NCBI GenBank assembly: GCA_035536395.1
Contig: DATLOE010000006.1
Span: forward strand, 6,899-70,898
DNA from: Candidatus Dormiibacterota bacterium
GTDB lineage: Bacteria; Patescibacteriota; Saccharimonadia; UBA4664; DATLOE01
Direction: 5' to 3'
Length of the DNA stretch: 64,000 nucleotides
Within the stretch, counting starts at the first letter, position 1; each line of letters starts with the position of its first letter. The translations under genes and the position numbers were made by a program. This document shows positions 9,928 through 19,189 of the stretch, in pieces. Below the pieces are notes generated by a model, which ran no database searches, had not been told where the DNA came from, and was given only the letters and a program-made list of their open reading frames with translations.

Positions 9928-9950
9928 TTTCTCGAATCCGGTCGGACCCC
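9928..9950 (+). repeat. Partial duplicate of the tRNA-Asp 3' end, from T-loop to acceptor, about 95 bp downstream of the gene
   Basis: ttctcgaatccggtcggacccc versus the tRNA sequence ttcgaatccggtcgggcccgcca, with a 14-nt identical core. Confidence 0.65.
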
Positions 9951-9968
9951 TTATGTTATATTTGTGGC

Positions 9969-10385
9969 GTGGTTAAGAAATCTCTAAATCGAAGAAGTTG
10001 GCTCTTTCTGCCGGCACTGGTTGCGTTATGGCTGGGGGCCTTTTGGCTAGTCAACCGCGTGCCCTCATCCGGTTGTGCCGCCGGAACCGTCAGCGCTCAT
10101 AATAAGGAGCACCGCATAGTCTTTCAATCCGGCAAGGTTGCGCCATCATGCACCCGTCTTACGGCAGGAGAGAGCGTTACTTGGGTCAATCAGACCAACA
10201 AAGAAGTGGAGATTGGTGCCGACCCTCACCCAGTCCATACCGGCAATCACGAGGTGTCCTCCGGCGAGTTTGTTCTCAGAATATTGCCTGGCCAAAGCGC
10301 AAAGGTTATTATAAAAAAGAAGGGGAGTTTTGGCTTTCACGATCATGCTAACCCGTCAGCGCATGGAACCATCATTGTCAAATGA
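9969..10385 (+). CDS. Secreted small protein, possibly a cupredoxin-like beta-sandwich; His-rich
   Basis: Signal peptide or TM at the N-terminus. His-rich motifs PHPVHTGNHEV and FHDHANPSAHG. Fold assignment is tentative. Confidence 0.35.
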   Translation: MVKKSLNRRSWLFLPALVALWLGAFWLVNRVPSSGCAAGTVSAHNKEHRIVFQSGKVAPSCTRLTAGESVTWVNQTNKEVEIGADPHPVHTGNHEVSSGEFVLRILPGQSAKVIIKKKGSFGFHDHANPSAHGTIIVK

Positions 10386-11131
10386 AACGTATAGATATTA
10401 AATCTGACATCAACCTAGATTACGCCACAGAGATGAACTATCCTTGGGCCGATAAACTTATTGTTAAGATTCACTGGTGGAGCTTTGGCGGCTTGGCCTT
10501 ATTTGCCTTCCTAGCCGCGGTGGTCAAGATTGCCAACTACTATCCATCGCCGCTATCTTGGCGGGTAATGAGCCCGGCCGAGGCCTTAGGTGCCTTGGTG
10601 CTTGGGTTATTAAGTTCCGCCTTGGTCACACTGGCGCACGGGAAGATCAATAACCACTATTATTGGCGCTTGCTGGTCACCTCCACGCTGACCATCTACG
10701 CCTACCTGATGGTTTTCATTGCCGGTGGGGCTATAGAAATGCACTTTATCTTTTTTGCCATGATCACCTTGGTGCTGATTTACTCTGACTGGCGGCTAGG
10801 CTGGTTGATGTTGGTGCTGGTGGCCCTCCACCACGGCATCCTTAACTACATTGCACCGTTCTGGGTTTACCAGTATGGCCGTAACGACCTGGCGCTCTTT
10901 GCGCATTCCTGGCCGGTACTGATAGCAGTAATCTTTACCACCATTCTGGCCAATAATAACCGTCGATCAGTTCGACAGCTCAAGGACGCTCGTAGTAGCT
11001 TGGAGAAGAAGGTTCAGGCCAGAACGGCCGAACTGCGCAAGTCCAACCAGCGGATAACCAACATTCTGCAAGGCATTCTTGATGAAGGTCCGACCCGGCG
11101 TAGCAGGAAAACTGAAAAAGAAACCTTCTAG
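10382..11131 (+). CDS. Membrane protein resembling the sensor/transmembrane portion of a histidine kinase, ending after a signalling helix with no kinase domain
   Basis: 5-6 TM helices followed by KKVQARTAELRKSNQRI. The ERTAEL-like S-helix is typical immediately before a DHp domain, but the ORF stops at 249 aa. Start overlaps the upstream stop as ATGA. Confidence 0.4.
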   Translation: MKRIDIKSDINLDYATEMNYPWADKLIVKIHWWSFGGLALFAFLAAVVKIANYYPSPLSWRVMSPAEALGALVLGLLSSALVTLAHGKINNHYYWRLLVTSTLTIYAYLMVFIAGGAIEMHFIFFAMITLVLIYSDWRLGWLMLVLVALHHGILNYIAPFWVYQYGRNDLALFAHSWPVLIAVIFTTILANNNRRSVRQLKDARSSLEKKVQARTAELRKSNQRITNILQGILDEGPTRRSRKTEKETF

Positions 11132-11216
11132 CAGTTTTAGTGTGTGAGCTCCACACGATTAGGACAGCATGAGCACATTGAATGCTTTTTCAGGGTGCGC
11201 TATAATGCACTATAAT

Positions 11217-11516
11217 ATGGCATCGGAGTTTCCAAGATTAAATGACATACTGCCCAATAGTGATAAGGGTAAAAAGTCTAAGCGCACGAAAAAGGCGGTG
11301 AGCCCTGAGCCTGTTGACCTGAGCTATTACGATACCCGCCAGCAGGATGCAGGTGAACCGGTGACACAGGCCAAGTTAAAATCTAAGCCGAAGAAGCCAA
11401 AAAAGAAGGGCCGTATAAAGAAACTCTTATGGCGACTATTCTTGACGCTTCTAGTCCTTGGCCTTACAGCAGGCATAGGTGGTTTCATTTACTTCTATTA
11501 CTACTACCCGGTTTAA
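11217..11516 (+). CDS. Hypothetical Lys-rich protein with a C-terminal TM anchor
   Basis: Tandem TATAAT boxes at 11201-11216 immediately upstream of the ATG at 11217, giving a leaderless configuration. The track ORF begins earlier at 11169. Confidence 0.4.
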   Translation: MASEFPRLNDILPNSDKGKKSKRTKKAVSPEPVDLSYYDTRQQDAGEPVTQAKLKSKPKKPKKKGRIKKLLWRLFLTLLVLGLTAGIGGFIYFYYYYPV

Positions 11517-11517
11517 A

Positions 11518-11910
11518 ATGACTGTGCGGCACAGGCTAATAAACTACTTTGCGGTACTAGTTGTTATCGGTACGATCAGCTTTATTGTGACCTACATTCA
11601 AGTAGTTAAACCACCCTTGGGATTGCTTATAAAACCATTCATTCAGCCGGTCAGCTTACCGCAGATTACTAATAGTCCCGCCAAAACCGCTGGCGACCAG
11701 TCTAAAAACACTCAGTTGCCCAAGCTAGGCAAGGCCACGACTACACAGTATGTAAATGTTCGGTCTGGCAAGAGTGCAAATACCGATTTGGTTATGAATT
11801 TGGATCCGGGCACGGAGGTGGAATTGGCAGAAGATAGCGATCGCACCTGGCAGCAGGTCAGCCATAATGGTAAGAAGGGGTATATATATAAAGCCTATCT
11901 CCAGTACTAG
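11518..11910 (+). CDS. Membrane-anchored SH3b-domain protein
   Basis: N-terminal TM. The C-terminal YVNVRSGKSANTDLVMNLDPGTEVEL...GKKGYIYKAYL matches bacterial SH3 (SH3_3). Confidence 0.55.
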   Translation: MTVRHRLINYFAVLVVIGTISFIVTYIQVVKPPLGLLIKPFIQPVSLPQITNSPAKTAGDQSKNTQLPKLGKATTTQYVNVRSGKSANTDLVMNLDPGTEVELAEDSDRTWQQVSHNGKKGYIYKAYLQY

Positions 11911-12055
11911 CCCAGCTCTTAATTCTTGCGTTTAGGTAACATTAGCGGAATCATACAAAAGTAACATAACTAACACGATGTAGTTTGTGATAAACGCTAA
12001 TGTATCAGTTTATGAATCTTGGGATACTTACCCTACCATATAAGAGGGGAAAGAA

Positions 12056-12235
12056 ATGAGTAACTCAAGAGGGCGTAAATTAAGGTCGATTTCCGGGAAC
12101 AATTATGAAGATCAGCAAGTCTTCTACATGAGCCTGGAGGAAGCCAAGGACTTTTTGGCCGACAAGTACGAATACTTAGCCGAGCGCTATGAGCGGCGCT
12201 ACCCTAATAAAAAGACCAAGCTTTCACAGGGATAA
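12056..12235 (+). CDS. Small hypothetical protein, 59 aa. It is absent from the ORF track because it is under 60 aa.
   Basis: RBS GAGGGGAAAG precedes the ATG at 12056. MSNSRGRKLRSISGNNYEDQQVFYMSLEEAKDFLADKYEYLAERYERRYPNKKTKLSQG. A strong terminator follows at 12259-12288. Confidence 0.4.
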   Translation: MSNSRGRKLRSISGNNYEDQQVFYMSLEEAKDFLADKYEYLAERYERRYPNKKTKLSQG

Positions 12236-12258
12236 TATCAGTAGCAGGCAGACATAAT

Positions 12259-12288
12259 TAAGGCACCTTGTTGGGTGCCTTTTGGTTT
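12259..12288 (+). terminator. Rho-independent terminator
   Basis: aaggcaccttgttgggtgccttttggtttg. Confidence 0.7.
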
Positions 12289-12407
12289 GAGTTTTCTGAC
12301 TCTGAACCGGGATTCCAAACCAAGCGGAGCTGTTTGGGAGCCCGAAAGTGAGGCTTTGTGGCGCAAGCTGGAATAAGCCTGATTATGAAAGCTGAAGCCC
12401 AAAATAA

Positions 12408-12427
12408 CTGGAGCGGGTAGCGGGAAT
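12408..12427 (-). repeat. 20-nt duplicate of the tRNA-Gly 3' end, covering T-stem, acceptor, CCA and one further nucleotide. It lies 157 bp downstream of the gene.
   Basis: ctggagcgggtagcgggaat is identical to 12565-12584. The intervening segment has a terminator hairpin and a T-arm-like hairpin gcgggaagcgaacccgc. Confidence 0.75.
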
Positions 12428-12565
12428 GTGGCTGCACCACCTCCGCAAAGTGCTCGCCAAATTCCTGCAAGCAGTATTTGTCTGCGCGCTTTGCTGCACC
12501 GAACCCTGCGGGTTCGCTTCCCGCTTACCTCAACAAAAACGGCCACGCATGGTGACCGTCTTTGC

Positions 12566-12639
12566 TGGAGCGGGTAGCGGGAATCGAACCCGCCTCTCGA
12601 CCTTGGGAAGGTCGCATTCTACCGATGAACTATACCCGC
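12566..12639 (-). tRNA. tRNA-Gly (anticodon CCC)
   Basis: The reverse complement reads gcgggtatagttcatcggtagaatgcgaccttcccaaggtcgagaggcgggttcgattcccgctacccgctcca. Confidence 0.8.
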
Positions 12640-12640
12640 A

Positions 12641-12716
12641 TGGAGCCGATGAGCGGGATCGAACCGCTGACCTATGCTTTACGAAAGCATTGCTCTGCCA
12701 GCTGAGCTACATCGGC
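12641..12716 (-). tRNA. tRNA-Thr (anticodon CGT)
   Basis: The reverse complement reads gccgatgtagctcagctggcagagcaatgctttcgtaaagcataggtcagcggttcgatcccgctcatcggctcca. It is in tandem with tRNA-Gly. Confidence 0.8.
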
Positions 12717-12800
12717 AAATAATATATCTACCCCCACAGGGTACTGAATTTTTCCCTAAGACACCAGTAAACTGCCTATCTAAATGATATAATGCCAGGT

Positions 12801-13196
12801 ATGAATGACCAAAAGCGTATTGGCTGGCGGGGCTTAGGCAACATAGCGGAGCTGAAAGAGCATCCTCTCTTCAGAGACCGCATATCTCAGATTGCCATAG
12901 GGTTGGCTATTGTTTTTAGTATAGCTACGGTACTGGCGGCTATCACGCAAATTAAGCAGACCGACTACCCAGTGCCGGTTCATTATTCTAGCCTGGTTGG
13001 CTTTGATAAAGTCGGCAAATGGTATGAGAATTACCAAATAGTATTTTTCTCTTTAGTAGCGACTTTCGTAAATACCTTGCTAGCTGCTAAGAGTTTCAGG
13101 CGCAATCGCGTGGCAAGCTTCTTTCTGCTTTCCGGTAGTGTGGTGGTTTCATTATTTTGTTTAATAATTAGTGTTGCTTTCGCGTCAATAACCTAG
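12801..13196 (+). CDS. Small polytopic membrane protein
   Basis: A TATAAT box at 12786-12791 places a leaderless start at ATG 12801 (the track ORF starts at 12792). 3-4 TM helices. Confidence 0.4.
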   Translation: MNDQKRIGWRGLGNIAELKEHPLFRDRISQIAIGLAIVFSIATVLAAITQIKQTDYPVPVHYSSLVGFDKVGKWYENYQIVFFSLVATFVNTLLAAKSFRRNRVASFFLLSGSVVVSLFCLIISVAFASIT

Positions 13197-13199
13197 CCT

Positions 13200-14906
13200 A
13201 TGAAAAAAGTTACCCAAAATCTGCGCCCCTCGCTAGTCTACCTTACTGACAAGAGGTGGTTTATTAGAGCCTTAGAAATATTTCCAGGATTAATCACCTG
13301 GACATTTTTACTCACACCGATAGTTTTAAGTTTGATCCACCCTCTTTTTGTGGCCTACTTTATTATTGCCTTCGATCTTTTTTGGCTGATTAAATCATTA
13401 CGGCTCAGCGGTTACCTGGTGAGGGGATACAGGAAACTACATCGGGCCGAAAAGGTTAATTGGTCCGATCAGCTAAGGCGACTTAGAACCCCCGATAAAT
13501 ACCTAGTGGAGGCCGAGGCTAATCTGTCTGCCCACCTGCACAAATTCCCACGATCCAGGAGTATCCTGCACTTCACTTTGGCCGGGCGGCGCCAGCGCCA
13601 AACATACTTAGAGCTGGCGGCCGAAGTTAAGCGCATGCGGGGTATTACCGAGCGTCAGTCGGTTATTTTAGATCCGAAATCGCTGTATCACGCGGTGATA
13701 CTAGCTACCTACAATGAATCAATCGATATCGTAGAGCCATCGGTGCAGGCGCTGCTAGATGCCGACTATCCGGCGGCCCAGATAATGCTCGTAATTGCCT
13801 ATGAGGAACGAGGAGGAAAAGAGACTGAAAAGAACGCAAAGCAACTAATAGAAAAATATGGCAATCAGTTCGCGTATGCCGCGGCCATCAAACACCCCGA
13901 CGGAATTAAAGGTGAGGTAATAGGCAAAGGGGGCAACATAACTTATGCCGGGCGTAAGCTGACCGAATATATCACAGAGCAGAATATCGACCCTGAGCAT
14001 GTCATTGTGACTACGCTCGATGCCGACCATCGTCCGAGTAAACAATATTTTGCCTATCTAAGCTACGAGTATGCTATTAATCCCAACCGTGTGCGCAAGT
14101 CTTACCAGCCGGTTCCGATGTTTCACAATAATATTTGGGATGCACCGGCGCCGATGCGTGTGATAGCTACCAGCAACTCGTTCTGGCTGATTATTGAGAC
14201 GATGCGGCCGCACAGACTGCGCAACTTTGCGGCCCATGCCCAAAGCCTAAGGGCTTTAATCGACACAGATTACTGGAGCGTAACTACAATTGTGGAAGAC
14301 GGGCATCAGTATTGGCGCAGCTACTTTACCTTCGATGGCGATCACCAGGTGGTGCCGCTATTCGTACCGATTTACCAAGACGCTGTACTAGCCGATACCT
14401 ATATGCAGACCTTTAAGGTCCAGTTCAGGCAGCTACGGCGGTGGGCCTGGGGAGTTTCAGATTTCAGCTATGTGGTTTGCAACGCTATTCGCAATAAAAA
14501 TATCAAATTGCTCGATAAGTTGATTCAAATAGGGCGTTTGCTCGAAGGTCACTTTAGCTGGGCAACGGCCGCGCTTTTAATTAGCTTTGTGGCCTGGCTG
14601 CCGCTAGTTTTAAACTACGAATTCTCACAGACTGTACTGGCGCACCAGCTACCGATTATTGCCAGCCGGATTCAAAATGTTGCCATGGTCGGTCTGATAA
14701 TCACCGTGGCTATTAGCATGATTTCCTTGCCTCCTCGCCCCGCCCGCTATGGGAAAAGGCGCAGCTTAGCGATGATATTGCAGTGGAGCCTGTTACCTAT
14801 TACCAGTGTGGTATTCGGCTCGTTCGCTGCCATTAATTCCCAAACCCGTTTAATGTTCGGGCGCTATCTCGACTTCCAGGTAACCGAGAAGAGCAGGCGC
14901 AAATGA
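13200..14906 (+). CDS. Membrane-embedded family-2 glycosyltransferase (processive synthase-like)
   Basis: N- and C-terminal TM helices flank a GT-A domain (ILATYNESIDIVEPSV...DADH...). The architecture resembles synthase-type GT2 enzymes. Confidence 0.55.
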   Translation: MKKVTQNLRPSLVYLTDKRWFIRALEIFPGLITWTFLLTPIVLSLIHPLFVAYFIIAFDLFWLIKSLRLSGYLVRGYRKLHRAEKVNWSDQLRRLRTPDKYLVEAEANLSAHLHKFPRSRSILHFTLAGRRQRQTYLELAAEVKRMRGITERQSVILDPKSLYHAVILATYNESIDIVEPSVQALLDADYPAAQIMLVIAYEERGGKETEKNAKQLIEKYGNQFAYAAAIKHPDGIKGEVIGKGGNITYAGRKLTEYITEQNIDPEHVIVTTLDADHRPSKQYFAYLSYEYAINPNRVRKSYQPVPMFHNNIWDAPAPMRVIATSNSFWLIIETMRPHRLRNFAAHAQSLRALIDTDYWSVTTIVEDGHQYWRSYFTFDGDHQVVPLFVPIYQDAVLADTYMQTFKVQFRQLRRWAWGVSDFSYVVCNAIRNKNIKLLDKLIQIGRLLEGHFSWATAALLISFVAWLPLVLNYEFSQTVLAHQLPIIASRIQNVAMVGLIITVAISMISLPPRPARYGKRRSLAMILQWSLLPITSVVFGSFAAINSQTRLMFGRYLDFQVTEKSRRK

Positions 14907-15943
14907 GCTTTGGGGTAGCATTTGTAACCTCTTTTTTGCTGGCTCTGGCTGCCACCCCTTTGGTGCGACGGTTTGCAATTGCAATTGGGGCCATGGATCA
15001 TCCGAACAGCCGCAAGGTCCACCTAAAACCGGTGGCGCGTCTAGGGGGGCTAGCGATCTTTTTCGCTTTCGTTTTGGTGGTGCTTGCTATGCTGCCTGTT
15101 GGCCGCCAATTAGGAGCTCTTCTGGGCGGAGTATTCGTCTTAGTAGTTTTGGGGGCGGTAGATGACATTCGCGGCCTAAAACCCCTAACCAAGCTGCTGT
15201 GGCAGATTGTTGCAGCTTGTGTGGTACTAGCCGGCGGAATCGGCATTACTACTATCACCAATCCCTTTGGTGGGATTATTGATCTAAGCTGGGGCCGTTT
15301 TGCCGTCGACCTGCTTGGGTTCGACTTCCACATTACCCCCATTGCCAATCTGCTGAGTGTTATCTGGATGGTTGGGTTGGTGAATGCTATCAATTTTCTA
15401 GATGGTTTAGACGGCTTGGCTTGTGGCGTATCAGGCATAGCGGCGCTAGTTATGTTTGCGCTGGCGATTCAAGTTGGCCAGCCAGTGGTAGCCTTACTTG
15501 CTATCATATTGGCCGGCTCGGCGCTTGGCTTTCTGCCCTATAATTTCTTCCCGGCCCGAATATTCATGGGGGATAGCGGTGCCTACTTCTTGGGTCTTAC
15601 ACTAGCCTTACTCGCCATTTACTCGGGCGGTAAGTTAGCTACGGCTGCGCTGGTGCTGGGGTTTGTGATTGTCGACGCTCTATGGGCGGCTGTCAGGAGA
15701 ATCAGGCGTGGTACGCACCCCTTTAAGGCCGACAGGGAACACCTTCACCACCTAATGTTGGCAGCTGGCCTTTCACAGCGCACCGCCGTACTACTGCTTT
15801 ACTCACTGGCGATCTTTTTCGGCATAATCGCCTTGGCTTCAACTAGCTTCTCGAAGTTTCTGGCCTTGGTAGCCCTCTTTTGCTTCATGGTAGTACTCCT
15901 GACCGCTCTCGTTAAAATAAATGCTCGCCGCGGCGAGGGCTAA
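14903..15943 (+). CDS. Polyprenyl-phosphate N-acetylhexosamine-1-phosphate transferase (WecA/MraY/TagO family)
   Basis: Motifs VLGAVDDIRGLKP, NAINFLDGLDGLA and FMGDSGAYFLG are typical of this family. Coupled by ATGA to the upstream GT2. Confidence 0.8.
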   Translation: MSFGVAFVTSFLLALAATPLVRRFAIAIGAMDHPNSRKVHLKPVARLGGLAIFFAFVLVVLAMLPVGRQLGALLGGVFVLVVLGAVDDIRGLKPLTKLLWQIVAACVVLAGGIGITTITNPFGGIIDLSWGRFAVDLLGFDFHITPIANLLSVIWMVGLVNAINFLDGLDGLACGVSGIAALVMFALAIQVGQPVVALLAIILAGSALGFLPYNFFPARIFMGDSGAYFLGLTLALLAIYSGGKLATAALVLGFVIVDALWAAVRRIRRGTHPFKADREHLHHLMLAAGLSQRTAVLLLYSLAIFFGIIALASTSFSKFLALVALFCFMVVLLTALVKINARRGEG

Positions 15944-16011
15944 AAGTACAAATATCCACTGTTTATGGACGGATTTTTGATATAATTTAGTCATAAGGAA
16001 GGGGCGCACAT

Positions 16012-16341
16012 ATGAGCAGGAAGAATCTACAAGAGCTGATTAAAAGCTTGCAGGAATTTTACAAGTGCCCTTCGTGTGATACCAACTATTACCTTGAGGA
16101 TATAAAGTTTCTGGGCGAGCTGAACCAGTACTGTTTTGTGCAGCTCAGTTGCCATGAATGCTCCTTGCCGGTACTGGCTACGGTCGCAACCAGCGGCAAG
16201 ACCACCAACCGCAGTAAAACCGACTTAACAGCTTCAGAGGAAGCCAAGTTTGCCGCTATGGGTGTCATTACCGCCGATGAGATTGCAGATTTTCATCGCT
16301 ATATCACCGCTCACCGCGGCGGATTCTCCAGAAGCAAATAG
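16012..16341 (+). CDS. Hypothetical zinc-ribbon protein (CxxC ... CxxC)
   Basis: The TGATATAAT promoter and AAGGAAGGGG RBS lie upstream. CPSCD...CHEC. Confidence 0.45.
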   Translation: MSRKNLQELIKSLQEFYKCPSCDTNYYLEDIKFLGELNQYCFVQLSCHECSLPVLATVATSGKTTNRSKTDLTASEEAKFAAMGVITADEIADFHRYITAHRGGFSRSK

Positions 16342-16431
16342 CTTATTTTGGTGCTCCTGAAGTCTATCTAAGTCATTTACAAATGAGCAATTTTTGGTGT
16401 ACTATACCTCAGTTACGTGAGTAGGAAGAGA

Positions 16432-17166
16432 ATGGATAAAATAGTACTTCCAGTTAAATCTAGGAAGAAAGATGGAAAACAAGCAAGTAAACTGCGGGCA
16501 AATGGCCTTGTACCGGCTGTCGTCTATGGTCATGGGCTTACAACCCTGCCAATTAGCGTAGATTCCAGAGAACTAGAGAAAGCATATGGGGATGCCGGCG
16601 GAAATAAGATTATCGGTCTTAAGATTGATGAGGCAGGGCTAAAGAACGTATTAATTCACGACTTGCAGCAAGATGTCCGCACTGGGCAGATTATCCATGC
16701 CGATTTTTATGCTGTTCGCATGGATGAGAAGATTAAGGCTGAAATACCGGTACACCTAGTTGGTGAATCAACTGCCGTCTACCAGCAAGAGGGTACTTTA
16801 ATCAAAAACCTTGAGGCGATTGAAATTGAAGCTTTGCCGACCAACCTGCCCGAAGGGTTTGAAGTAGACATTGCCGTACTCGATGATTTCGATAAAACGA
16901 TTACCGTTGGCGACTTAAAAATCCCCGAGGGCGTCACCATCCTGACTCCGCTAGAAGAGCTGATTGTGAAAGTCGATCCACCTAGAAGCGAGGAGGAGCT
17001 GGCTGAGCTAGAGGAGCCTATTGAGGATGCATTGCCGCCTGAAGAGGGCGAAGAGGCCGCTGAAGGGGCCGAGGAAGCCGAGGGTAAGCAGTCTGAGCAA
17101 GGTGAAGGTGGTAAACCCGAAGACAAGAAGCCCGATGCTAGTGGTGAGGGCGAGAAGAAGGGGTAA
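16432..17166 (+). CDS. rplY: 50S ribosomal protein L25/general stress protein Ctc, with an acidic C-terminal tail
   Basis: AGGAAGAGA RBS, then MDKIVLPVKSRKKDGKQASKLRANGLVPAVVYGHG, which is typical of L25/Ctc. The track ORF starts at GTG 16417. Confidence 0.8.
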   Translation: MDKIVLPVKSRKKDGKQASKLRANGLVPAVVYGHGLTTLPISVDSRELEKAYGDAGGNKIIGLKIDEAGLKNVLIHDLQQDVRTGQIIHADFYAVRMDEKIKAEIPVHLVGESTAVYQQEGTLIKNLEAIEIEALPTNLPEGFEVDIAVLDDFDKTITVGDLKIPEGVTILTPLEELIVKVDPPRSEEELAELEEPIEDALPPEEGEEAAEGAEEAEGKQSEQGEGGKPEDKKPDASGEGEKKG

Positions 17167-17207
17167 AACCTTCCTAATACACAATAAGCGGCCTTTCGGG
17201 CCGCTTA

Positions 17208-17651
17208 TTAGTATTTCTTCAGTTCGGCTTTCAGCTGGGCGTCAGATTCTAAATCGGCTTGGTAGGATAAGTATCGTAAGAAAGCAGCCGTATTGAAGTG
17301 TTTCAGGGTTGAAAGTACGATCTCTGCTATCTGTTGGGAAGTTATCTCCTGCAGCCTAGTATCTAATATTTTGGATTCTACCGTATCTGTTACTGAGTCC
17401 ACCGTAGTTTCCTTGGCAGGAATGCTCAAAAATGCACCATAAATACCTGAATAGAGTTTTGCCCGAGAGTAGCGCTGCTTCTTGCCGGGCTTTTTGATTA
17501 CCTTTAAAAACCCCAGATCAATCGCTTCATAGGTAGTGAATGACTCCTTACACTCGAGGCAGCGCCGTCTGCGCCAGATTTGGGTGCCGAATCTGGTGGG
17601 GCGGGAGTTAAAAACGTCGGTAGTCTCGGCCCGACAGAAAGGGCACTTCAT
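17208..17651 (-). CDS. nrdR: Transcriptional repressor NrdR
   Basis: MKCPFCRAETTDVFNSRPTRFGTQIWRRRRCLECKESFTTYE is a zinc ribbon followed by an ATP-cone. Confidence 0.85.
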   Translation of the reverse strand: MKCPFCRAETTDVFNSRPTRFGTQIWRRRRCLECKESFTTYEAIDLGFLKVIKKPGKKQRYSRAKLYSGIYGAFLSIPAKETTVDSVTDTVESKILDTRLQEITSQQIAEIVLSTLKHFNTAAFLRYLSYQADLESDAQLKAELKKY

Positions 17652-17940
17652 GAGCTAACCGGGGGATTAATAATAAAAAGCCCCGCTTTGGCCGAAAAAA
17701 ACAAATAAAAAGACGGCATAATCACGAAGGCTTTCCTTACCACTTCAAAATAGTAGGCTATTTGGAAATAAAATGCAAATTGTATGACAACATGTTGATA
17801 GGTAACTATTAAATTTTAAGGTGGAAAACTAATGCCAAAAGTGGATAACAGGTCTCTGGTATGCCCACATATGCCGCTATCATTGGTTTTTAAGCTTAAG
17901 TAGTATGATTATGTCCTGCTAGCTTACACCGGGAGGTATT

Positions 17941-18711
17941 TTGAAAGCCTATGTCGCAAAACCATACATTGGAATTACTGGCGTGACAGACAGGCATCAG
18001 GTTGAGGTACTGCTTAAATCAGCTGAGGAATTAGGTTGGCCAGACAGTCATCAGCTTATGATCGGCGCCCTGGTTAGCTATAAGGGCCTGACCTTGGGCG
18101 CGGCAAGCAATATTAACCGCTATATTTCTCCTGATAGCCTTGATCGGGTCTTTGTCGGCAGTAAGATGGCTCTAAATCTGGCGCATTACAACAGCCGGGC
18201 AGCTGGGCTCTGCGCTCAGTTGGAAACCATACTAAAACCCTGCAAATATGCCGATGGAGTGCAGTTGAATGTGGATTGGCCGCGTCCTGATCAACTGGAG
18301 CGCCTAAGGGAGAGGATGTTTACGAGGGTCGTTCTGCAGGTTAGCCGTCGGGCTTACGCCTCAGTGGGACAATCACCGGCTGCTTTGGGCCGCAAGCTGC
18401 AAGATTACTGTGGAGTTGTCGACAGTGTGCTGTTTGACCCAAGCGGCGGACAGGGGGTGGAGCTGGATGTCGACCGCTCGAAGGAGATTCTTGAAGCTCT
18501 GACAGACTCCGGGCTGCCGATGAGCTGGGGGCTGGCCGGAGGGTTATCTGCTGATAATATTGCCATACTAGGCCCCTTACTCGAGATTTATCCGGAATTA
18601 AGCTGGGATGCGGAATCCGCCTTGCGCGATGAGCATGACCAACTGGATTTAAAAAAATGCCTCGGGTTCCTAACGGCCAGCGCGGCACTGTTACGGCAAA
18701 CAAAAGGCTGA
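17941..18711 (+). CDS. TIM-barrel protein resembling phosphoribosylanthranilate isomerase (TrpF-like), orphan
   Basis: TTG start with a GGGAGG RBS. The N-terminal KPYIGITGV and C-terminal LAGGLSADNI...WDAESAL resemble TrpF signatures. No other trp genes are nearby. Confidence 0.35.
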   Translation: MKAYVAKPYIGITGVTDRHQVEVLLKSAEELGWPDSHQLMIGALVSYKGLTLGAASNINRYISPDSLDRVFVGSKMALNLAHYNSRAAGLCAQLETILKPCKYADGVQLNVDWPRPDQLERLRERMFTRVVLQVSRRAYASVGQSPAALGRKLQDYCGVVDSVLFDPSGGQGVELDVDRSKEILEALTDSGLPMSWGLAGGLSADNIAILGPLLEIYPELSWDAESALRDEHDQLDLKKCLGFLTASAALLRQTKG

Positions 18712-18845
18712 GCCTTCGAGCTCAGCCTTAATTATTATGCTGGCTGTTAACCCTATTAAAAATAACTCTTGCGCTTATAGACTGTAGGTCTATACTAGGC
18801 GGTAAGCTTGGAGTAGTCCAAAGGTTCTTTGAAGGGGAGGTGTTT

Positions 18846-19187
18846 ATGTTTGATCCTAACACCCAGCGGGCAAAGCGGCAGTTGCATATTTGTCCTGAAT
18901 GCCAAAAGGATTTGGTGTATCCCGAAGAATGGCAGGAAATCGGGAGCCAGGAGTGGCAGGTAATTTTACGCTGCCCCAACTGTGAACTGTGGCGTACTCT
19001 GCTATGCCATCAGGATGAGCTCGATGCATTTGATATATGGCTTGATGATGCGACCGAAGCCGTCCACCGTGACCTTAAGCGCCTAGCTTACTCCAATATG
19101 GAGTCGGAAATCGAGCGGTTTGTAAGAGCACTGCAAAGCGATGCCATTTTACCCGAGGACTTTCGCCCTTTATCGGGCAGGGGGTAG
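18846..19187 (+). CDS. Hypothetical zinc-ribbon protein
   Basis: GGGGAGG RBS. CPECQ...CPNCE. Confidence 0.45.
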   Translation: MFDPNTQRAKRQLHICPECQKDLVYPEEWQEIGSQEWQVILRCPNCELWRTLLCHQDELDAFDIWLDDATEAVHRDLKRLAYSNMESEIERFVRALQSDAILPEDFRPLSGRG

Positions 19188-19189
19188 TC

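Noticed and set aside
17652-17940. NrdR box search upstream of nrdR and the 17941 gene
   Set aside because: There is only a weak partial palindrome (cacatatg). No nrd genes are adjacent, so no regulatory call is made.
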